Of a DNA stretch of 64,000 bases, positions 33,332 to 44,302 are shown piece by piece. The notes under the pieces are model-generated. The model did no database searches, was not told the origin of the DNA, and saw only the letters and a list, made by a program, of their open reading frames with translations. The position numbers were made by a program, and so were the translations under genes. Each line of letters begins with the position of its first letter. Position 1 is the first letter of the stretch. Location: the NCBI GenBank assembly GCA_036867785.1, contig CP145409.1, positions 1,798,001-1,862,000 of the forward strand. Reading direction: 5' to 3'. Source of the DNA: Plasmodiophora brassicae. Taxonomy: Eukaryota.

Positions 33332-33756
33332 TCACGTGGAGCTGGAAAGCTGCTCGCCGAACGATATAAGCTCAGCAACTGGTTTCTCCCATGTCTCTTC
33401 AGTTTCTTCCTCTGCTTCCTCTCCAGTTTCCTCTGACGAGCCCTCAAAGTCAGTCAAGTCATTCTGCGAACAGTCAATGGCATGCAATACGGACCTGGCG
33501 GTTTGTCTGGTTTGATTTTTAAGGCGAAGTATAATTCCACATCGTTGGCAATTGACAGTTCCACTAACGACAATGATTCATCAAGTGGCGGGTTGCCTTC
33601 ATCCAACGATCGGTGCACGCGAATATCTTCGGGCGTCACACCGATCGCCTCGCCCAGCCTTTCCTTCACTGTTCGTATCGTGTCCTCCGGGTCAGCGTGT
33701 ACAAACACAGTTGTCTTCTGCCGCTTCAATCGCAGGTACTCGCCGCGCCCGCCCAT
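33332..33756 (-). CDS. Elongin B-like ubiquitin-fold protein (intron ~33433-33494)
   Basis: YLRLKRQKTTVFVHADPEDTIRTVKERL matches the Elongin B N-terminal pattern; acidic second exon. Confidence 0.7.
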
Positions 33757-33877
33757 CGGCCCGTTTGGTATGGCAAGCGCAAGCCACGCTTGCAAACCGG
33801 ACCCCGCCAATCAAAAAATTTCACGCAACTTTGAAATATATTTGTAGAGGCGAATTGAAACCCTGGCCAGCGCTGGC

Positions 33878-33948
33878 GCATCGTTAGTTTAGTGGTAAAA
33901 TGTCTCGCTTCCAACGAGACGTCCCGCGTTCGATTCGCGGACGATGCA
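33878..33948 (+). tRNA. tRNA-Gly(TCC)
   Basis: GCATCGTTAGTTTAGTGGTAAAATGTCTCGCTTCCAACGAGACGTCCCGCGTTCGATTCGCGGACGATGCA: cloverleaf, followed by a T-rich Pol III terminator. Confidence 0.95.
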
Positions 33949-35043
33949 ATATTTATTTTTGCGACAACAACTGGAAACCTGCCACCTCTATTACAATACA
34001 ACAGGAGCCGGTCGACGTCGTCGCTAAAGTTGGGTTTTTCAAATTTCCCACCATGACCTCATCGTGACTGTTGACGCTGCTGGCGAACAGAGGATGTGCA
34101 TGCTTTTCATGGGGCTCATGAAGCAGCACGAAGCTAACGTTGAACCATGCATTAACCTCAACTGCTTGCAGAGCGTCAACTAACCAAAATCATCAGGTTC
34201 ATCCAGAACAACGTCAGATGGGTACGTACTCAAACGCTTCGTCGCATTCTGAGATTACGACGCGAGGGACGCGCGCCTCTCGTTGTCGATCGCTGTCAAG
34301 GTTCCTGCTCGTGACGACGCTGACCGGGCGTTCCTTTCCTGCTGCGTCCCGGCTGGCATCACGGCCCCGACGTGTCCCCTCGATATCCACAAGGGCGACA
34401 GTTGAATGCCGACCAAATGATCGGATGTCATCAGTACGTGCGCGTCACCCGAAATTGCAATTCGCATGCCACCTATACTCTCCGGACACAGAAAGTTGTC
34501 CTGCACAGACCCGACAGGAACTTCGGCCATCGTCACCAGGGAACTCATCGTACGTTTTATGGGTTGCATTTAATTGGCGGCTGGGACAGCGCCGCCGCGG
34601 CGACCGCTGTCACCTCGTTGCTGCCATTGCCGACCAGGAGACGTTCGCGGTTAATCATTGCTTGGAAGTACGGTCCCCGGCCCTGGCTCGAGACCGAGGC
34701 GCCTGCGACGTCCAACCAGGGCACGACGACCCTTCTAATCGAACTCTCTGGGAAGACGCTGGCCTCGAGACCCTCTGTTGATGATACCGAGGTTCACTTT
34801 GAATGCGGTCTTCGCCGCTCTGGTCATGGCAACCAGCTGCTTGCCGACGATCTCCTGAACAGAGATCCCGTTCTGGAACGATTCGTTCCTATCCGAGTGC
34901 TCCTGACGCACGCCGACTTCTTACATGTCTGTCTCCAGCTTTCTCGTGACAAATGCTTTGCGGCATGCCTGCTGCATCCTGTCCATCAATCATCGTTGCG
35001 AGGGCGCCGGTCATTCCACTGAGGCAGGGGCCATTTTGCCTCA

Positions 35044-35699
35044 ATGGGGAATTGGGGCAGTCGACGGGCGGCGCCGGCAGCTGCAAGCGCCGTGAGCCGA
35101 GGGACGGCAGCGCCGGCGGGTACGGCCGGTCCGGTTCGATCTGGCGGGTTGGTGGGCGGTGACGATACGATGCCGAGGTCGGCGCTGCGCGGGCGTGACT
35201 TTGTGAAGGCCGGCGCAACGTCCGTCGCTCAGGAGAAGGACGAGTCGTACGTGGCGATGTTGAATCAGGTCGCGAGTGTCGATGTGAAGGCGCCGCCAAC
35301 GATCACGACCAAATCGTCGAGTCGCCCGCTGCCAAGGAACAAGGTTTCTGGCGGGGAGTTCATCCCGCCGGTGATGTCAGGGCGTCTAACTGGGACCGAA
35401 TGGGCCGATTTGATCGTCATGCATCGGAAGGACCCTAACAAGAACGCACCAGAGGCGCTGGCCGCCATGTTCAACGTGGTGCGAAAGAGACGCATTTCTG
35501 TTGTCAGCGCGACCCTGACCGTACATCTGCACAGGAGCCGGTTGTTCTCGAAAGTGTCTTGTCGACTGTAACTGTACCGGCTGTGTTCTCCGACACCCGA
35601 ACGAGGGAGATGATCGGAAAATGGGACGCACCAGAAGGACAAGACGTACGGTTCCTTACGGATGTGTGGAAAGAGATGGCGAATCCCGAACCCCAATAG
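35044..35699 (+). CDS. NDUFAF4-like complex I assembly factor (intron ~35479-35533)
   Basis: MG start; KDESYVAMLNQV and GRLTGTEWADLIVMHRKDPNKNAPEALAAMFNV|EPVVLESVL resemble NDUFAF4 segments. Confidence 0.55.
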
Positions 35700-35893
35700 C
35701 TAAAGTGATACGATAGAAACGCACGGCGACTGTCAACACCACACGAAGCGCGCGTTTGTACACTGTCAAACGTCACCATAGCTGCTACGATTTCTGACTC
35801 CCAACCAAAGGGACTGCTCTGCAGACGGGCGTCTGGAAAGTAGGTAACCAATCTCAAACCCTAGTAGCAATATTGTGCAGATAGGTTGAATGT

Positions 35894-37294
35894 CTATCGA
35901 CACCCGCGTGTCGAAGGTTCGATAGGACGGAATCCCTGTACGTCGCTGCAGACCCGATCCCTGTCGTCCTCCGACTGAAATAGGTAGACAGCGTACCCGC
36001 CATGGCCACCACCGCAGTACTTGAAGGCAAGCGGATTCACAGGCAGCTTGACTGGACAGTTGGCATCACCAGGCAGCCTATTCATGTCTTCGGCTACAAA
36101 AGGCGGTTAGCCACGTGACGAAAAGTCGCACAGATAACGGTCGCTTCACCGAGTTGCAAATCGTACGACAATCGAACGGCATCGGCAAGAAGCGTCAGGC
36201 TATTGCTCCAGACGGCATCACGAGCGACGCGTCCCGCCTTCGCAATGGCCTGATAATCTCTGATGTCGTTGGCCGCCCCTGGAGTGTGATGCTGCTGTCC
36301 TGTCCAGAACAGTGACATCACCCCACGAAGCAACTTCCCGTCGGTCTTGATCTCGAGCTCGGGCGTGTCCCCGCTTTTCCATACACACAGCCCGCCTTCC
36401 GATACGATCGCAGGGTCCTGCCATCCCACTCCTGTTCTGCAATCAGCGTCTGCGTTTGTGCGCGTTGGTGGGTCTCACAATTACCCAGGTTGAGCTCGGA
36501 CTCGACACCATTTGCTCCGTTAAGCATTGCCCAGGCCGCTGACCCACCGAGACCAGATTTCAGCTCGTATGGCCATTCGTTGAGTGTGACAGCGGGCGAT
36601 ATCGCACAGTTAACGATGAACGCGCCAGGAACTGCGAACCTCGGGACTAAACGCAGCGTGTCAGCGGAACGGTCTAGCGGACGGACGCATACCCGACCAT
36701 CGAGCCAGCCCCCGGCGAAATCGACGCGTAATGGGCACACTGAAGGGGCCCTGATATTTCGGACGATTTCTGTGGTGGAGGTCGGGGTGAACAGCGGCGG
36801 CGTCTTTGGTAGCACAATGTAGGACGCGCCAACCTGATCGCACAGGTCGCGTTTGATGATCCCATATTTATCATCCGTGGTCACAACTGGGAGCGGCCGA
36901 ATCAGTCCATGCGCGATGCAGGCGAGCATCATCAGCCCACCAAGAAGGTCTGGACGAATCCGGAGGAAGTCATCCTTGAAATCTAGGCCGAGTTCTCGAC
37001 CTTGCCCGACAACGACCTCGTCGACGACTCGCAAGGCCAATATCAAGGCCTTCTTGTGGTCATCCGGGATCGACGGTCGCCGTTGTTTGTGAGCCATCAG
37101 GACTAGGCCAGGCAATTCAGACGCCTGCGGACGCGTGTCGCGCTGCGCCAATGCCCACCTTCCGCGGACGCGAACGACACGACGAGGCGGTCGGCGAGGG
37201 CGCGCGCTTCCGTGAAGAACTGGACGTGGCCGGCATGCAGGATGTCATAGCACCCCGAGACGAACGCTGTGCGCGGCCGACCGGATTCGCCCAT
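35894..37294 (-). CDS. cytidylyltransferase-like domain fused to a GHMP-kinase-like domain (multi-exon)
   Basis: [11 protein letters not shown] (HxGH), [39 protein letters not shown]. Confidence 0.85.
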
Positions 37295-37654
37295 CGCCCA
37301 CTTCGCCGGTGCCAGGTCGCCACAACCCGCCGGATATTGTCTCGACGAGTGACGCAAATGGGACCCGCAACGTTACTCGGCAGTGTTGTGCCGCGCCAAG
37401 CTCGGCAGACGTATGTACATACGTTGCGGAGCTTGGACTGGGAAATGTCTGCGAGCGACCCAGAGAACCCGCCAGTGTATGAGTCAGTGCCAGTCTTGGC
37501 GCGGACGCGGTTGGCTTGCGCATGTGCCGGCCGTCGACCCAAGCGCACCTCGCCGTCCACGAAGAACAGCTGCTGACGATTCCGGTCCAGGCGCCATCGT
37601 CGTCACTGCAACGCGCAGCGCGTGGAACTGCAATCCCCCCGCCGGTAAACGTCA

Positions 37655-37780
37655 TGACTGCAGCGGCCAGTTGCGGCACAGCTGGTTGACTGCAGCGGAC
37701 AGTCGCGGCACAGCTGGTTGACTGCAGCGGACAGTCGCGGCACAGCTGGTTGACTGCAGCGGACAGTCGCGGCACAGTTG
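37655..37780. repeat. 32-bp minisatellite, ~4 copies
   Basis: TGACTGCAGCGGACAGTCGCGGCACAGCTGGT head to tail at 37655, 37687, 37719 and 37751. Confidence 0.92.
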
Positions 37781-37865
37781 ATAACCCATCACGGTGCAGG
37801 TTTCAGTGAGTCGTCGCGCGACGTCAATCACTATTTTTCGGGCCGGTCGTCGGCACGTGCGTCCG

Positions 37866-38714
37866 ATGGCGTCGTCGTGGGCATGCCCGGCATGCACGCT
37901 GGAGAACGAGTCGATGCACCTGGTGTGCGACGCGTGCCTGCGGGAGAGGGACGCGGACGGTGCTGCTGGTCCGAATCAGTTCACGCTGCTGTCGATGAAC
38001 GCCTGGTTCGACGACGTCCACACGGCGGCGCGTCTCGATGCCATCGTGCGGACGGTTGGCGACGTTGACGCGCACGCTGTCGTGCTCCAGGAGCTGCGCC
38101 CCGACATGTTCGCGTACATCCGCCCGCTGATGGGTTCACTGGGGTTCACAACGCGCAGCACCATCCTGCCTCGCGGATACGGCGAAGCAATCTTCCTGCG
38201 CGAATCGGTCCTGCCGCATCGCGCCGCTTCCAGCCGCGACCTCCCGAATTCCGTGATGGGCCCAAGGCAATTGCACACAGTAACGACTGAATTCCGAGGA
38301 CACCCTCTCGTCATCGCCACAGCGCATCTGGAATCGCTGAAGGACTACCAGGCGGTTCGTCTGAAGCAATTGCAATGGTCATTCGATGCGTTGAACGCGG
38401 TGGACACGCCGTGGATTTTCGCTGGCGACACGAATCTCGGCAACCGTGATGCGTTCAGCATGCCGGCGGGCATCAAGGACGCATGGATCGAGTGTGGTAT
38501 GAAGCAGGACCACAAAGCCACCTGGGACACCAGGATCAATCGCAACCTGAACACGCCCTACAGCGCCCAATGCCGATTTGATCGCATATTCTTCAGCGAG
38601 TCGTCGTTGTCGACGAGCGGTTTCGCCACAGTTGCGAAACAGAAACTCCCTCCCCCGTTCGACGTGTTCCCGTCCGATCACTGGGGCGTCATGTCCAGAT
38701 TCGCGTTTAAGTAG
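37866..38714 (+). CDS. TDP2: tyrosyl-DNA phosphodiesterase 2-like EEP enzyme with N-terminal RanBP2 zinc finger
   Basis: WACPACTLEN..CDAC; LQE, TAHLES, FAGDTN, TWDT..N, RFDRIF, PSDHWG. Confidence 0.88.
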   Translation: MASSWACPACTLENESMHLVCDACLRERDADGAAGPNQFTLLSMNAWFDDVHTAARLDAIVRTVGDVDAHAVVLQELRPDMFAYIRPLMGSLGFTTRSTILPRGYGEAIFLRESVLPHRAASSRDLPNSVMGPRQLHTVTTEFRGHPLVIATAHLESLKDYQAVRLKQLQWSFDALNAVDTPWIFAGDTNLGNRDAFSMPAGIKDAWIECGMKQDHKATWDTRINRNLNTPYSAQCRFDRIFFSESSLSTSGFATVAKQKLPPPFDVFPSDHWGVMSRFAFK

Positions 38715-38849
38715 GCGTTTCGGCTCTGCAACTGTCACCATATATAACGCGCAAGGGTCGTTTCATGTGCTCGGTTCGTTTCGTCATGTCTGGTACCTGG
38801 CCCAGCGCATTTATGTAGTGGTCGATCGCTGTACCACGTCGATTAACGT

Positions 38850-41800
38850 ATGGACGCGCCCGATCGCGCGTCGCTGCCCGCCGATGTGGCGTCATGGACG
38901 CCAGCGCAGGTGCTTGCGTGGTTGGAATCCATTGGCGCCTCTCGCTATGCGGAGCGGTTCCGTCGCAATCACGTCTCCGGCACAGACCTATTATCAATCA
39001 AGGAGCAGGACCTTGTGGGACTAGGAGTGGACGATCCGATCAATCGCAGGCGCATGTTCCTCGCTATTGAAGGGCTTCGCGCCGGGCATACTTCCGCCTT
39101 GCCATCGCTATTATCGCCAACCTCAGGATCTCGGAAACGCTCGATTCTTTTCACAACGAAAGCGGAGGGTGTCGCTGTGAAGTCCAAACCCCCAACGCCC
39201 TCGTCGACCTCAAGAGCATCAGTGTTAAATGCTGGGCCGCCGTCATCGAAGTCGGCAAAGGTGCCCGATGCGGTTGCCGAGTTGAGCGAACAGCTTGACA
39301 CGGACGAGGTCCGCTATATGAAGTCTCTCATTGCCGATCTGGCCACCGCCGTCGAGAAGCTCAAATCGCTCAAGCAGTACAGCTTCAAAGAGCACGACTA
39401 CGACGAGGAAGAGGAAGTCAGGAAGATGAAAATGAAACGGCGACGGAAGAAGATGATGCAGAGGCGGCAGAAGCAACTGGCCGCCATGGGAGCGGGACTG
39501 ACGATTTCGGACCCTGTCGAAGATCCTAACGAAGTCGACGACTCCATTATGGAGCCCGAACCAGATTTGACCATGTTCTCGGCCATGCTTGAAGAGGTCA
39601 GACGCGAGCCTTGCGAATTTGAGTTGGCCATGTAAACGATCTCGTGAACAGGTACGGATGAAGCGCGAAATGGGCCTGAAACGAGGCGACCGATTTGCAG
39701 ACCTTACGGGGCCCAAAGAAGTCCTGGACCCTAAAGAGGTTGCGGATGAGGTTTGTCGTCGTGCGATGATTGTCGCAATAATGGTCCCTGACTTTGTTCT
39801 TCAGTACCGCCTTGATCTGAAATTCAAGCTGAAGAGAAGGAATTCGCGTATCGTGGAGGCGAACAGTGAGGAGGAGTTCGAGGAGTTCAGCAGCACGAAC
39901 GAGATGAGCAACGACGAGGATGAGGAGAACCCAGCGGACGAGGATGCGTTGGCGGAGACGAAGGAAGTCGTCAAGCAACGCATCATGGTGATCATGCCAA
40001 CGAACCCATGGCGCGTCCGATGGGATCTCATGATCATGCTTTGCGTCCTGTACTTTGTGGTGATGACCCCAGTCGACCTCGTACGTCCTTGTTGCATTCG
40101 TTACGATATTGGTTGTGACATGGACGGTTTAGGCATTTGGGGACCCAATCGACAATTTCGCGTTTGATATAGTCCTGGACTGCGTCTTTATCTTCGATCT
40201 GGTCCTGAACTTCTTCACGGCGTACCGCGTCGAAGATGGCAAGAACAAGGGCCGCATGGAAGTGCGTCCTAAAGAGATTGCCCGAGTCAGTTTCTGTCTT
40301 GATCCGTCCCAGCTCGAATGATCTTCCTGAATCGTATATCGCAGGAATATTTCAAGTTTTGGTTCTGGATAGACGCTGCGGCGACCATTCCGTTGGACTT
40401 GATCATCCCTGCGGTGGGCGTTAACGCCCCGACGTCGTTCAACAAGCTGCTCCGGTTGTTTCGCGGGTTCAAACTGGCCCGGGTCTTAAAACTCTCCCGA
40501 ATAACGAAGCGTTTGGGCCTGGATAGCACGTACGGCGGCAATCCCGGCCTGATCCGACTGACAAAGTACATCGTCTTCCTTCTGGTCGTCTGGCACTACA
40601 TGGGATGCGCTTACTGGGGCGTCTCCCTCATCATTGGTTTCGGGAATTCCTCCTGGACGCCCAGACCATCGTTCCAGGAGGCACCGATGATCGACCAGTA
40701 TCTGCAGGCCTATTACTGGTCCATTCTCGCCACGACATCGGCGGGATCGAACATCCAACCTGATACCGACGTTGCCACTGGATTCTCCATCGCCATGGTC
40801 ATCTTCGGATGCCTCCTGTACGCGTCTGTCATTGGTGTCTCCTCTGTTGCCCTTGACGCAATGGACGGCGGTGACGCTGACAAGCGCAACAAGATGCAGG
40901 TTTGTGTTTCGCGCGAAGATCGTATTGTTCGGGAACTAAGCGCCCGATTGTCGTCAGGCACTTGGCGTCTTCCTGAAGAACCAATATGAAATGGATCCCC
41001 GACTGAAGAGTCGCATCATCCAGTACTACGATTACGTCCTGAGCAACGCGGCGTCAAGTGATGATCTCATGCACGTACGTTCCGACCCCGTGTGTTCCAT
41101 GTCGAACGAACGGGTGGTGACCACCCAGGCCGTCGTACAGGATCTTCACTCGCGTCTTAAACTGGAGGTCGACATGGAATTGAACCAGAAGCTGATCGAG
41201 CAAGTCCCGATGTTCAACAGCCTATCAGAACAATGCCTGCTGGCAATCATATCGAGTTTGGAGCCGAAGGTACCCTTCGCGTTATGCGGGCACCGATATC
41301 GTTCCTCGACCAATGCTCCCGTAGACGTACGTTCCCAAGGAATATATCTGCTTGAAGGGGGAGAGGAGCCTCGAGATGTTCTTCGTGCAACGTGGCCGCG
41401 TGGAGATTCTGGACGGCGCCCAGCCGAAACAGGACAGCGCGCCCGGCGATAAATCGAAACGTTCGCGGGTCTTCCTCAAGGAAGGCGGGTACTTCTGCGA
41501 TCGCTGCATGCTGGAGAACCTGCGCTGCGAGTACACGGTCCAGGCGACGTCCCACTGCCTCCTGCTTAGCCTGCATCGGGAGAGCCTGAAGGCCATCCTG
41601 AGACGGTTCCCTGAGTTCGCCATCAGCATGCAGGGTTGCGCTCTGGAAGACGTCCGTCCTCTGGTACATCGTACCACAGACCGGGAGCACTGAACCTGTG
41701 TACAGGAGTCGCTGCGAGGCTGGACCAAGATCCGGTTCGTTGTTAGGAACGTCCGCATGCTGGCGCTGGTCGGCAGCCGCATCGGCTTCGAGGAGGTGTT

Positions 41801-42028
41801 CAGGCGGTTCAACGAGGAGAAAGAGATCCGGAAGACGATTCGATGGGCGGAGCCGACGGGCCGCAGGTCTGGCACGGCGGCTCTCCTCAGGCAGCTGACG
41901 AACCGGTTCAGCTCGGGGAGCTCCGGCGAGAGAAACGGCGACTTCCAGAACGGTAACTGTCTCTGTCGTGATCTGCTTCGTCGTGTCGCTCACGATCGTA
42001 TCGCTCAGTTCGCTCCGACTCGACGTAG
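38850..42028 (+). CDS. SAM domain + cyclic-nucleotide-binding-domain ion channel (CNG/KCNH-like), multi-exon; 3' end approximate
   Basis: WTPAQVLAWL..F....VSGTDLL (SAM); PWRVRWDL, LNFFTAY, FWIDAAATIP, S4 RLFRGFKLARVLKLSR, C-linker and VPMF...MFFVQRGRV..GGYF cNMP domain. Confidence 0.82.
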
Positions 42029-42063
42029 CTGTGCGATGGTAAAATGATATATTGGGCATGGCC

Positions 42064-42966
42064 TCAGAACGCCCCCGGTGACGCCGAATAGAATCGTCGC
42101 TTCGCTGCCTGTCGCCTGTGCCAGGTCGCGATCCGGTACAGGCGGTACAGGACGGGGACCGCCAGCAGGACGCCGACGACGATCAGGACCGGGCCGGCGG
42201 CACGTCGCTCGGGCGCCGTCAACCCGTACACGTTGGCGCTGCCGGCGATGGCCTGCGCCACCATCAACGGGTCGTGCACGCTGGCGACCATGAACACGAG
42301 GTCGTGGAACGCGACCGCTCCTGCGTTGATGGTGTTGTTCACGATCGGCCACGTGACGTAGTCGACCAGGTCGCCGTGCTCGTTGGCGCACCCCGCCCAC
42401 GATGACGCCTCGTCGACCTTGACGCAGATGCGGTCGGCCACGCGGACGGTCGTGCACAGGCCGTCGTACGCTGTGTAGATCCCCGCCGGGCACGCCTGCG
42501 GGCCGCCCGCCGGTGTCGTCGCCGCCCTGGCCAACGTTATGGACCCCAGGTCGATCACGTTCGCCTGGAGGGTAACGGCGAACGGCACCGGCGTGACGGT
42601 GTCGATGGGCCCGGACGTCAGCGGGCCTGTGTGGAACAGCCGGCACGACTTGTAGGGCGAGGCGTGGTAGTACGACGGCAGGTCGTCGATGGTGGCGTTC
42701 GCCACCGACAACGGGTACGTCGCGTTGCCGGCAGTGAGGAGCGCGGGCGACTGGGCGCAGAACGACGGCTCGTAGGTGGCCTGCCAGGATTGGACGGCGG
42801 CCCTCACCTGGTGCACCGCGCGTAACGACTGGGCGCTGCTGGACATCATGAAGGTGCCGATTGCGATCAGGGCGACGGCGGCCACGGCCAGGACCGTCAT
42901 GCCCATGGCGTTCACGATGCGGTCGGCGGTCTCCGACGCCGACTCGTAGGCGACGACGCCTCCCAT
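42064..42966 (-). CDS. hypothetical two-transmembrane protein
   Basis: 300-aa ORF with hydrophobic helices near both ends and a Cys-containing loop. Confidence 0.6.
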   Translation of the reverse strand: MGGVVAYESASETADRIVNAMGMTVLAVAAVALIAIGTFMMSSSAQSLRAVHQVRAAVQSWQATYEPSFCAQSPALLTAGNATYPLSVANATIDDLPSYYHASPYKSCRLFHTGPLTSGPIDTVTPVPFAVTLQANVIDLGSITLARAATTPAGGPQACPAGIYTAYDGLCTTVRVADRICVKVDEASSWAGCANEHGDLVDYVTWPIVNNTINAGAVAFHDLVFMVASVHDPLMVAQAIAGSANVYGLTAPERRAAGPVLIVVGVLLAVPVLYRLYRIATWHRRQAAKRRFYSASPGAF

Positions 42967-43027
42967 GGTTAACTGTGTGCAACACCGGGGGGAGGAGGTA
43001 CCGTCTGGTGATCCATACCGGGTGTCG

Positions 43028-44169
43028 ATGGCGATGGACAGGGCGTACATGCAGACGACCGGGCTGCTGCCGCCTGCGCCAATCCAGTCCTGGCTCGCGT
43101 TGTCAACGCCACCGAGCCCGACCTGCAACGGGCTGGATGGTTCCGTTCGGTACCGGCCGGTGTCGGACGACGAGCGCGCCGCCGTCGCCGCCATCAAGGT
43201 TGCCATCGCGGGCATCTACGACCCGGTGAAACACAACGACGCCATGCTGCTCCGGTTCGCCGTCGGCATGCAGCTGGACGTGGAACGCGCCACGGCCGCC
43301 CTGGAGAAGGCCATCGCCTGGAAGAACAGGAACGCCGTCGACCGGATGTGGCATGGGCCGTTAACGGACGGCGAAGCCGCGTTCAGCAGGTACCATGTCC
43401 AGATGTGGTAAACGGCACCGCGGCAACGTGCACGCGGATCGCACAGTGACGGTCGCCATTAGGCACGGCGTGGATCACGACGGGCACCCAGTGTTCTGTA
43501 AGCGGCACACGTTGCCCGTCGTTCCCCTTCGCGTTATCAACAGCGTGCATGGACAGTCGATCGGATTGGCCGATCGGATCGCAAGCAGTTCTTCAGGGCG
43601 GTGACGGACGTCGACGTCTCGTTGCGGTACGCGAGGGCGCAGGAGGTCGGCTTGGTTCTCGCGCAGGACGTCACGTCGGCCACGGGGCGCCACGTCGACT
43701 CGCTGACGTTCGTGTTCGACCTCGACGGTATGGGCGTCACCGATGCCGCCAACCCCAACGTCGTCGCCATGTTCCAGACCGCCGTCTCCCTGATGCAGAA
43801 CGTCTACGGTAACGTGTGGGGCCGCGTTCCCAAACCCGCACGACGCTGAACCTCGCAGTTGGGTCGCTGCACCGCCTCCTGATCATCAACGCGCCCGTCG
43901 TGTTCAGCGGCGTCTGGCGCGTCCTCGTGAACTTCATCGACGCGCAGGCGCAGAAGAAGATGGAGGTGCTCGGGTCCAGGTGGCGCCAGCGCCTGCTGGA
44001 GATCGTGCCCGCGTCCAGCCTGCCCAGGTACCTGCAGGGGTCGTGCCGGCACTGCCCCGGCGACGAATGCATCGCGTTGCCGGCGCGAGCGCCCACGCCC
44101 GAACCGGAGAAACGCGCTGTGTCGTCCCCAACCCCTAGCGACCTCGACGGGACGATCGGACTATTATAG
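43028..44169 (+). CDS. CRAL-TRIO (Sec14-like) lipid-binding protein, multi-exon
   Basis: DAMLLRF, HGVDHDGHPV, FVFDLDGMG, LHRLLIINAPVVFSGVWRVL, LPRYLQG. Confidence 0.85.
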
Positions 44170-44302
44170 GGGCCGCGCGAACACCCAGGCCAACTGGCCA
44201 CGGACGCACTTTCGAGATACAGTCCCGGACTTTGCTGTGCTCCGGTGTTCGCGGCACGCTTTGTTTTGGCGGTCCAGACGCCCGTTTTAAGTATCATCAT
44301 CA

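Noticed and set aside
34140-35022. Possible gene between tRNA-Gly(TCC) and the NDUFAF4-like gene
   Set aside because: Some minus-strand exon-like pieces exist, but no consistent model or domain could be supported.
37655-37780. CRISPR-like array (32-bp repeat with dyad)
   Set aside because: Units are head to tail with no unique spacers, there are no cas genes, and the context is eukaryotic.
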